Shown here: one piece after another, positions 1 through 9,670 of the stretch
Layout: the number at the start of each line of letters is the position of its first letter
Position numbering within the stretch: the stretch's first letter is position 1
Assembly: GCA_002633005.1 (NCBI GenBank)
Contig: NMRA01000530.1
Span: 204,374-268,373 of the forward strand
Source of the DNA: Phoronis australis
Taxonomy: Eukaryota; Animalia; Phoronida
Direction of reading: 5' to 3'
Length of the DNA stretch: 64,000 nt
Notes under the pieces: model-generated
The model's database searches: none
What the model saw: only the letters and a program-made list of their open reading frames with translations
What the model was told of the DNA's origin: nothing
Translations under genes and position numbers: made by a program

Positions 1-149
1 TGTAAATTCCGTTCATGCAGCGGACTCAAAACCACAGTTTCTTGAAGGTATGCTAGGTTTAGTGTATGTACGCAACACTTCAAAAAACCGCAAAATACAT
101 CGAATCCATTCCAAAACAGGAACATGTCATTGTTTCTTTAATAGAAAGC

Positions 150-1170
150 TAGTTACCAAATCCAATAAAAATCCGTCAAGGAATTTAGAAGTAAAAGAGG
201 AAAACAAAAAGAATGAAATTGCCACTAGGGGGCACAGATTCATTGGAAAGCCATCGTCGCCGGCGTTGTTAACTTCACATAAATACACTTACTAAAATTA
301 ATCAAGATCCTGCAATGGGTTTAGGAGATACAGCTATGGGCGCAAAAACAAAACTGCCACTAACGGGTGCCACACTAGTCGATGTCGCTGGAAAATCATC
401 ATTAACCATCCTCTTCACACAAAGAACATATATGCTAATTTTCAAAATTATGCTTAGAGTGGGTTTGGTTGGCAGAGGGGCGGACGCCAAAAACAGACTA
501 GGAAACAATACAAATGGCCCTTAGATAGCGTAAAATATGTCAAATCATCCAAAAACGCCGTTTCTGTAATAAAAAGCTGTTAACCAAATTTCATAAAAAT
601 CCATCAAGGAACTTCAGAGAAACAGCTGAGAAAACGAAAAAAAAATGAAATTGCCACTAGGGGGCACAGTGTTTGTTGGATCCGTCAGAAAGTCGTAGTC
701 GTCCGCTGTCAACTTCATATAAATACACTTGCTAAATTTAATATAGATCCTGCAATGGGTTTAGTAGAAACAGCCATGGGCGCTACAAAAAACAAAACTG
801 CCACTACGAGGAGTCAAAGTCGTCGGAAGGTTATCGTCAACCGTTCTCTTCACACTTAGAACATATATGCCAATTTTCACAATCATTCTATGAATGATTT
901 GTTTGATAGAGGGGCAGACTCGAAAACAGTAAAAATGGCCACTGGGTGGAACAAAATACCTCAAATACATCCGAAAATGCGCGAGGATAACGCCATCTCC
1001 CTAATAGATGGTTATTATCCAAATTTCATGAAAATCCGTTGAGGAGCTTTGAAGATACAGAGGTAAATGTATAAAACTAGGATTGTCACTAGGGGGCACA
1101 CCAGTTGTTGGATCCATCCGAAATTTGTCGTCATCTGTCATGTGGGCTCATAAAAACCCGGGTTCCATTC
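150..1170. repeat. Diverged tandem repeat, ~432-bp unit (probably internal array of a non-autonomous rolling-circle/DNA element)
   Basis: Motif (C/T)CACTAGGGGGCAC at 222, 654 and 1086 (432-bp spacing), each preceded by an AAAATCCRTC/TTG block; GATCCTGCAATGGGTTTAG recurs at ~306 and ~746. Confidence 0.8.
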
Positions 1171-1749
1171 AGAAACTAATGAGGTGCACATCTGAATACG
1201 ACTGACCGACTGCATGGCAAAAAGTACTGAATAAGTGAAAATTATGATCAACTGCCATTACAATTTTAAAGGGAACTGAACTGCATTGTCAATTTTTGAG
1301 TCGTGGGGTATAATCATGAGTGGAGCTTCTTTCCATACTTAGAAAATATTTTGACGCAAATATTACAATACAAATTACGGCAAGCAATCACCTCAGGGAT
1401 GGTCGCCATCATTGCTCTGGCATAATCTACTAGCTTCAATGCGACCCGAGCAGACTAGTGGAATGGCAAATCTGGTGACGATTTCATCAGCTCTCACAAG
1501 TCATATGTACTAAAGATGTGTGTAAAGATGGGTCACCTTTTGTACAATTATGTTACATACTTTTTCGTGGTGTTTCGGTATAAACATGGGTCACACCTTT
1601 GAACCATTTGAATAAATGTGGATCACAATTTACAGACTTGCAAGGTATAACATTGTTGCAATTTTCAAAGTCCAGCAGCCCATACTAACCCGCTAACCGG
1701 ATAGGCCTATCAGGTTTGTGCACTTGGGCAGTCAGTAAGTCGAAAGTTG

Positions 1750-2260
1750 TCAGCGAGAGCTAATAAAATATTCTGAACTGAAGTCATGACCTCTTGACTC
1801 AGGCCAACAGTTGTGATAAATATGAAGTAACTTTTTAGCAATTGCTACAAACATATTACTTGCACCAACAGGGACTAACAAATCAAACTGGCGAAAAATC
1901 TTTTGCGACACGCGAAAGTCAACGCCCCGTTCAATCTTCCGCTTCGTTTTAGCTGTGTGTTCTGGATAACAGCACGTCAATTTTTGTCTAAAGCCAAGTC
2001 CAAACTCATGTCGATGTGTAAGACATATAACGGGAAATTTCCATTGGTTTGCCAGTCCAGCCTCCTCTCTCCAGCTCTGGCAAGAATCAACTGTAATTCC
2101 GATATACTTTCAAACTTCTGTGGCACTTTGCATGACATCAGATGACTTCTGACGTCTTTAACACAGCTAATGAAGGCCGAATTTCCTCCGCGATCCCCCT
2201 TTAGTAACGAAAATTGACCAAATGTACAAGAAGGAAATTCACGCCTCCCTATTCTTTGCA
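1750..2260 (-). mobile_element. Degenerate ORF fragment of an unclassified invertebrate DNA transposon
   Basis: Frameshifted peptides SCVKDVRSHL...SELQLILARAG and CCYPEH...RGVD...SQKI...LVPVGA resemble Cys-rich N-terminal regions of uncharacterised invertebrate transposon proteins (recognised from memory). Confidence 0.45.
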
Positions 2261-2272
2261 GTGACAGGAAGT

Positions 2273-2300
2273 CATAGGCGGATTTAGGAGGGGGGGCCAA
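2273..2300 (+). mobile_element. hAT-type terminal sequence (CATAGGCGGATTTAGG...) of a non-autonomous element
   Basis: Near-identical to 17238-17260 and related to the TIR at 31021. Confidence 0.5.
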
Positions 2301-2869
2301 AGAGCAGTTTTACTGACATGAAAAAATGCAAAATATGACTTTATAGTCAAATAGGTCATATCCCGGTAACCAAAGGTCATTGTGTGCAAATATTGCAGCA
2401 ATGCATTTTGGGCCAGCATCCCAACACGTGCACAAAGTATTAGCTCTGTATGAATTTTTGAGTATATGGTGATTTTTCGTTTTCATATGGTTTTTATATG
2501 GAATCATTCTTAAAAACTATTCAACGATAGCTGTGTCCGCACCCCTTAGGTCGTCTACATGTATTTCAATGGCCAATTTTGTTTTGTTTGATCTTGATGT
2601 GTTTTAACACAATTAAAATTAGATGAACGACTTGCAGAAGGCGAGTTCAGTGAGTGTGACCACCGAACACCCCTGAGATAAAATGGTGTTCAGATGTCCT
2701 ATAGCTCATATGTAATTTACGATGACGCCAATGCAAGTTAAGGTAACCTTACACTAAGGCGATGCTAAGGTGGTGCAGTTTTTCTAACGTCTTGTTACTT
2801 ACGAAACAATGTTTCAAATGTTTGAAATGTGCACAGGTTTTCACGTTCTAATAACTGCAAGGCACGTTT

Positions 2870-3586
2870 TCAGGTTTTGTTTCAAGGTTAAGAATCATAA
2901 AATGAAATTTAACGCAAAGCAATAGGGCTCTTCCGTATTATACAGCGGCACTCTAATCTCGTCGTATTTACGCAAATTGGTGGGCGCAATATCTGCCTTA
3001 CACTTAAATTTTCTATTTCGGGCCATTAAAGTACACGTGTTCTTTGTTGTTTTACTATTCCTTACCCTTTTTCCTCGCCTGAATTACTCTATTCGTCCTT
3101 CCAATGACAAGTAGCATTGGTATTATTAAAGGAACTTTTGATATTTTGTTTGCTGCTCTTGGTCTGTCAAATGCTTTGGAGAAATTATGAGATGCATTGG
3201 TAGGAAAGCTAAACTTTGAAGTGTCTAAGAAGTAGGTCACACCAGTGCAGTGTGCAGTTTTAAACCATATATAAATACCTCCAGCATGACCATGCTTATG
3301 GGTAGACACAAAACAATGTCAATAACTGACATTCAACATTTGCGNTCAGGTTTTGTTTCAAGGTTAAGAATCATAAAATGAAATTTAACGCAAAGCAATA
3401 GGGCTCTTCCGTATTACACAGCGGCACTCTAATCTCGTCGTATTTACGCAAATTGGTGGGCGCAATATCTGCCTTACACTTAAATTTTCTATTTCAGGCC
3501 ATTAAAGTACACGTGTTCTTTGTTGTTTTACTATTCCTTACCCTTTTTTCTCGCCTGAATTACTCTATTCGTCCTTCAAATGACAA
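2870..3586 (+). repeat. ~240-bp near-identical direct duplication (2870-3110 and 3346-3586) spanning an N gap
   Basis: Both copies begin TCAGGTTTTGTTTCAAGGTTAAG and differ at only a few positions; the second starts right after the N at 3345. Confidence 0.9.
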
Positions 3587-3780
3587 CGAAATATTACTGC
3601 TGTGCTGTGGGCTGCAACATTCCCCTGTACGAATTTGACAAATATCCGCAGATACGTGATGTAAATAATTTCGTCCCCTTCCCGACATCAAGCAAATGCA
3701 AGAAAATCCGGAGCGAGTGGATAAAACAAATTCGTCGGAATCCCTATTTTCTGCCTTTTCAATCTCGCACTATTCAGTGA
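3580..3780 (+). pseudogene. Truncated THAP zinc-finger ORF (probably transposon-derived)
   Basis: MTTKYYCCAVGC...FPTS...R.EWIKQIRR matches the THAP N-half (CCxxGC, FP, W..I.R); the C-terminal CxxHF ligands are absent. Confidence 0.65.
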
Positions 3781-4156
3781 TTAAAATCGAGAATACTTCC
3801 ACAGCCTTGCACCATGACGGTTTCAAACATAACCTATGTTTTGAAAATGTGCCTGCCTTTCCAAAACTGTGTTAATGGAAACGCGCGTTCTTAACTCTGT
3901 AACAAAGCAGGACGTATCGCTGTGTAATCCTAGACTGTCCTACCAACTGATGTGCTGACGATGTGACACTGATTCTCTTGAATTCACCTTTTGGATTTTT
4001 GGTAGTGTACCACAAAATAAATGACAGAAACTGCATTTAAAAGAGTCAAAATACTAAAATATGCGTTTTTACAAAATATGTTCTTTGATACACAAAAAGA
4101 ACTGTTTCTTGGTGATGTCAGTGTGCCAAACTGTGTCACTTTCATAGAAACTTAGA

Positions 4157-4662
4157 CAGTGACCGCCGTCTCTATTTGTCCAGTGGAGACGGTGTAGCTC
4201 CTAAAGGAGCTTCATACGCCGGAAGTTTTTCAGAGAATGTCTCGCACCTACTAAAACATCAAAGTCATGTTGTTAAATACCTTTTGTGCGTAGAGGACAC
4301 CTTAGGAGGCCATCGATGTCTTTACTTCTCTCAAACTCGAACACATACTCCCGTTATGTAACTTTTTCTTTGGCAGTCCCTCGTCCACTTCCCAAAATCG
4401 GTGACTGGACATTTTTACACTGCGCACGCTAAGGAATATGACGTCATACCATCTGCCGCACGCAAGTGGCCAGTTTGCGATTTTGGAAACTGAACGAGGG
4501 ACTGCTCGAAGAAAAAAGTGATGACGGGAGTATTTGCCCAAGTTGGAAGTAAAAAGACTTTTTTCATCAGTGTGAGGCATAATTCGCCGAAAAGCTTCTG
4601 GCGTATGAAGCTGCTATCGCCGGGATGTTCTCTACTGAGACAGCTAAAGGCGGTGGTCACTG
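4157..4662. mobile_element. MITE with CAGTG termini (Tc1/mariner-like)
   Basis: TIRs CAGTGACCGCCG (4157-4168) and CGGTGGTCACTG (4651-4662), 11/12 match; TA follows the right end; no convincing coding capacity. Confidence 0.65.
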
Positions 4663-4895
4663 TATAATAAAAACGCAACACGTTAGTTTAGCCACCTCGC
4701 CTCTTTTAAAGTCCGCAATCTATATGGGCAGCCCTTGATTTTCACACAAAATTTTAAAGAAATATTGACGTGCATATAACACAGCTGTAGTGAACCGAAT
4801 TTTATTATTCGAACACCGATTTCGGTTACCTACTTCTTGCGTTTTACATATATCGGAAATCTTTTATTCTTATTTTTGTACTTTGAAATGCTAAG

Positions 4896-5101
4896 TTATT
4901 TATTGCATTTTATGATCCTGCTTGCAAAGCTTGAGGGATGTGTTCTTGAAACATTATCACTAACCGATTTTAAGCCCAGACTCCTCTGGCCATGCGCATA
5001 ATAGTAGCCGGGATATCTGGGCATCGCCTGTTCATTAGGGTCAGTGCAACTGGTAAATCCACGCATAGCATTACTGATACTTGTTTTTACTGGCAAATGA
5101 C
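4896..5101 (-). pseudogene. Candidate damaged second exon of the SNAD-like deaminase
   Basis: Acceptor ACAACTCAG|G at 5101. Fragments VM(L)-YAWIY and SCTD occur in different frames, resembling LY(S/A)WxxPCxxCT with small deletions. The in-phase reading stops early. Confidence 0.35.
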
Positions 5102-5257
5102 CTGAGTTGTCATTATCAGTTGAAATACTCGGAAATGTACACGTGACTCTCTAAGCGACAGTTCTCCTTATATTGTGGTACATCTGATGGCCTCGGCGGA
5201 CTCAAAGAGAAAGCGCTCAAAATCACTGTTAGGATTGTGCAACATACTGAGACTTAC

Positions 5258-5643
5258 CTGACTTTCTCTCCAAGATTATTTACTAGCTGCCCAAGCGTAG
5301 AACCAAAAATCTGTTTCTCCGCATGTACGGCCGGGTTTTTTTTGCGCAGCCGCACCCAGTAGTTCATTTTCGTCTCAGGTTGAAGATCATCCCTATACAT
5401 TTTGTTTTTGTTTACGGAATTCTCGTTTGTCCTGAAGCAGGGTTGGAATGGGTTCTCAATGGAGTTTCCAGCTTTGTTCAAGCTAACTGCTGCATACTGC
5501 GTGTTGCCATTGGTCCACAAATGAAAGAACTGTCCCATGAGAACAAGGAATTCACGATCTTCCTCTGCTAATTTATTGTGTCCTTCAGTAACAAGGAAAG
5601 ACGCAGAAATCAGCGCACAGACGATAAGAATTCGCATGGCCAT
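5258..5643 (-). CDS. Secreted AID/APOBEC-like (SNAD-type) deaminase, first coding exon
   Basis: Acceptor TTCTTTCAG before ATG 5643; signal peptide MAMRILIVCALISASFLVTEG; strand QYAAVSL; NYWVRLR; zinc motif HAEKQI plus helix; donor AG|GTAAGT at 5258/5257. Confidence 0.6.
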
Positions 5644-6728
5644 TGAACTCTGAAAGAAGAACATTATTTAAATTTACAAGAAACTCAGACTTGTTGGTAC
5701 AGCAAATTTTAAATTGTTAAATTAGGCAGTCACGTAGACAATTTGCAAAAGGTCCTCTTTTCTACAAACTGTAGAGGAGGGATTCATGACATTCTTTTCG
5801 TACGACTTTCCATTAAAGTATATCGAATCTCGAATATTGTACCAAACGAAACAAACTTCCACTAATACTCAGCCCCATAGCAAGATAACAACACCGGAAC
5901 AAGGCGCATACACGGCGCAACTTCAGCCACGTGAGATCAATGTTGGCGTAGAGTTGCACAAATAGGCTAGATCTTGAACCGTAACTTCAATTTATTTCAG
6001 TTGTGACCATGTCAGGGGTGCAATTTCGTTTATGTGGGTTCAGACTTTTATATATTAACAATTTTCACTCATTATGATTTGCGCATTTTTTGTGGAAAAG
6101 GAGATTTTCATGCCAATAACATAACAATTTTGAGCTTCAGGGGCGCATTATGCTTCCCTTCAGCCAGTCACAAGCTCAGAAGTCCAGAAGGTGCAGAATA
6201 TTTTCAATGCCCCCATTTGTGTTCTTGTGGGTTAATGCTTCATACTTTTTAAATTCGTCTGTCGAATGTTTTTTTTTTTCTTGCATATGGCATGGAATAC
6301 TGACATTCTTCAAAAGATTAAATATCTTTTTACTTTATATTTCTAGCAGAAACATATCTAGATGATACACTGTGTAATACCTACATGTATCACCTAATGA
6401 AGAAACAATGAAGCACAGAAAAATACTCCAAAATTGATACAAAATATCTACGTCACCACAAATATCTCGCAAGTGACATATTTTGTTGGTGAATATTTGT
6501 TTTCGATTTTACATTATGAGATATACCGTAGTCATATCAGAATATTGCTGGATAGTTGCTACCCGGGCCATATACATGTACATGTATCATCGTATTATAG
6601 ATGAGCAATCTATGGATACTACTGTAATGAGTAGCAACTAGAAAGGAAGAACGACTTATTGTGTTTGTGTCAGGAGCTGTCCTCTCGCGGTGCATGGAAT
6701 TCTTCTGCCTTTATTGAGTTATTGCTCG

Positions 6729-7270
6729 TCATTCACGTGGGAGGTCTTCAAGTATATAACATGATGATTGGTCCACTCCTGCATGACTTGCTTCTTTAAA
6801 CATGTCTGCGTTTGACTGACGTGGATGGCGTACTGTTTTGCGACATTTGGTGATGAGTCTCAATCCATTGTTTGGAGTCAGATGGCAGAAGCCAGTTATC
6901 CTGTGCTTTGCCGAATGAACGATGGTAATTGCTTCAGGTAACAGTCGCTGGTATGCTCAGCGTGAATGTAAATCGACACCGAACAGGAACGCTTTCCAGG
7001 ATGAGTAGCCTATAAATCCATCCCAGGGTGGTGTGACCACATTGGTCTTGATACTTAATGATAGTGGCCTCGTCTTCTGCTGTGCAAGAGTTTGATGTTC
7101 CGCTTTGATTTCGGATTAACAGGCCGGGTGAGTTTTCTCGTATGCTCCATTGTAAGTTACGTTTACCCGCCAAGATTCCACAAGTTTCGATGCTTTTTCT
7201 TGTGTTGCTTAACTGATCTTGCCGATAGTTTAACCATATCAGATTGAATTACGATTTGATCAAGCACTGG
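6729..7270 (-). pseudogene. AMSH/STAMBP-like JAMM (MPN+) deubiquitinase domain, intronless and disabled
   Basis: Collinear motifs across frameshifts: NTRKSIETCGILAGK, LLIRNQSGTSNSCTAEDE, YQDQ..TTLGWIY, THP, AFLFGVDLHSR*AYQRLLPEAITIVHS, GLRLITKCRK..HP, EDL. There is an in-frame TGA and the first JAMM His reads Tyr. Confidence 0.9.
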
Positions 7271-7306
7271 GATATACGTTAGTTAGTACATGAGATATGT
7301 TGTTAG

Positions 7307-7702
7307 CTAACACGACAAGCTTCTGAGTTCATTTCTGTTTTCAACATCTGACTGTTTACTCTGTCCTGGAATAAGTGGTTCTTCATACTCGGTTACATTA
7401 GTATGACTGTAAACACTTGCACAGGACTGTACATCTAAATCATGAGCATTCTTCCTGGCAGATTCTTTTAAGTTCATTCTCGTATTATTCGACGTTGTAG
7501 CGGTCTCTGGACAGGGCTGTTTATCTTCATCAGGAGTCATTGTCTTGGCCAAATTTTTCAATTTCAATTCCTGTCGTTCGTTGATACAGAGATCTCTTAA
7601 ACTCTTAATTGATTTCGTAACGGACTCTCTCGAGTTCATTTCATTCGAACTCTCTGTAGAACAGCCGTCGATCAGGGGACAGAGGATACAGCACTTCACC
7701 AA
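7307..7702 (-). pseudogene. Open low-complexity linker between the Mab-21 and JAMM remnants
   Basis: 131-codon hydrophilic S/T/E/K/N-rich open frame ending about 40 bp before the JAMM homology begins on the same strand. Confidence 0.5.
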
Positions 7703-8229
7703 TCGTTGTTAACAATGCCAATAAAACAGCAATTCTAGGCTATGCACTTACTTAAATTCTGGATTTTCGAATAACACCTGTCCATTACAACCAATGAACG
7801 TTTTAATACTTGCATTACATCAATACAACATTTGTTATTTCATAAACTGTTAGCATTTTTGATTTAAAATAAAGGCGAAACTTAAAATTTCAAGATACAA
7901 TTCAAGCTTACTATCTTACCAAATGAATTGGCAATTGACACTTGTAGTTTTGAACATGCAACAACAGCATGTGTTGATTACTTGTAATATCGATTTCATA
8001 TTGTTTAAATGTTACTTTCTAAAAACAAAATTGATTGCAGTGGCGACAATAATGTTTGTCGGTAAATCTTCAGCCTTTTATTGTACCATTCTACATCTTC
8101 TCAGACGATGTGCCGCTATTGAGAAGATATGCGTCTAGGTTTTCCGGATCCACCATCATGTTCCCTCGGCTAGGTGTATCCCGATCCCAATGTTCACCAA
8201 GAGTGATGTCAACGTTTACCCATTGCTGA

Positions 8230-9300
8230 ATGATGTTATTCTTCTCAAACAATTTTTCAAATAACTTGTCACATACTTTGAACATTATGTTTCAGGTTAA
8301 AGTGACCATGTAATTGTTAACTCCATAGAAGTAATGGCAAACATGTTCTTTTACTTCACTGACTTCTGCTCACGTTATTTACAAAAATAATAACACATCC
8401 AATGAAGTGAAAAAACGGTTTAAAATTCAGGCAGCATTCACCCACAGCAACTTATCTGCAGTCATCCATATTCAAACAGTTCTACATCTTTTCAATTTCG
8501 GAAGTTGTGATTGGCTAAAAAGCAACTCCACAGTGGTGTACTAGGAGCCATAGAAATCCATTTTTTTTTACAAAAATATGCAACTTTTAAACTGAATTAC
8601 GCGGAGACTTACCGAATAACAAATGTTTGAAGGCATGTCTAGCCACATGCCTTCCTGGCATGGTAACGGGATAAAAAGACTGGAGCCACTGCCCATGGCC
8701 TACATGGAACAGAAATCATATCGCATGAAATAACGTGGTCAAGGATTCGTGTAGTTGCGACAAAGTATGGAGTAAAATTTGATAGTCACGGGCCCTTGTT
8801 CGTAAGTATTGCAGGAGATGTGTTATTACTCTCTGGTCAATAATATAACTAGATGCAAGTTTAAGAGAATGTAGGCTTAATAGGAGTGATAAATATTTTC
8901 AGTTATTCGTTTTGGTGTCGAATGAATATACTCGTGTCTCTAAACAGATAATTTCGGTTCAGAGGTATTTGTCAGTTACGGAAAGCATCCAAGTATCAAT
9001 GGCTGATAGATTTCTAGTGAGGTTTTAGCCAACTTCTGTCATACTAACTGTTCACCGGTCACTGCCTATATGTACGTGTTTCTGCAGCAAAACGGATAAA
9101 TTCAAAGCCTCGATTGTTGCAACACATTATACTATAAACCTGCGCCGTCTGTCATAAGTTAACTTATAATTTAGACCACTTATTACTGTCAAATTTATCT
9201 GACGTTGTTCCTTTCTCACATCATGAATAGGTTTCGAACCAACTTCAATTAACAGAGCCATTAAGTCGCTTGTCACGGCGGGTAACTTTAAAGAAGCATG
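8230..9300 (-). pseudogene. Decayed Mab-21/cGAS-like receptor (cGLR) nucleotidyltransferase domain
   Basis: Ordered remnants: MTDGAGL..FEFI (weak GS..G/DxD region), EQGPVT, ISCDMISVPCRPWAVAPVFLSR..W, KSCIFL*KKM, RTV*IWM..KLLW..ILNRFFTSLDVLL, VCHYFYGVNN. These match the Mab-21 GPA, D.V..C..WP..A..R, C..llK, KT.llW and CPHYF..N motifs, with many stops and frameshifts. Confidence 0.65.
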
Positions 9301-9466
9301 GAACGCGAATTATATGTCGCCAAAAATATATTTCAAACAACTCCTGACGAAAGTGCCACTTTCTGAAGAACACTGAATCAGCTATTCTTCCATTCTTTTC
9401 GTGGGAATTTTGGACCTTCGGGAATTCCAAGCTGTTACTAATCAGTTATTCTTTTGTCTCAGCCCA

Positions 9467-9670
9467 CAGGCGTAGCAGTGTGCCCCCTTTTTCCTAGAAA
9501 AAAGTGGGATGGAACCATTTTTCCTAGAAAAAGTACGACTTAGTAGATCAGTCCAGACGTAGTGGTGTGTGCCTTCTTTTCCTAGAAAAAAGAGGGAGGG
9601 AACCACGTGTTCGTTAGGAGGAAGGAGGGGTGGGGAGGGTCGAACTTTGTTCCAAAAAGGCCGGGGCATG
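9467..9670. mobile_element. Small repeat/MITE-like insertion with three palindromic TTTTCCTAGAAAAA cores
   Basis: Near-palindrome repeated at ~9488, ~9518 and ~9577; GTAGYRGTGTGCC-like block duplicated (~9472, ~9559). Confidence 0.45.

Noticed and set aside
6729-7270. Functional STAMBP/AMSH orthologue
   Set aside because: Frameshifts, an in-frame stop, altered JAMM residues, no introns and no recognisable MIT-like domain upstream.
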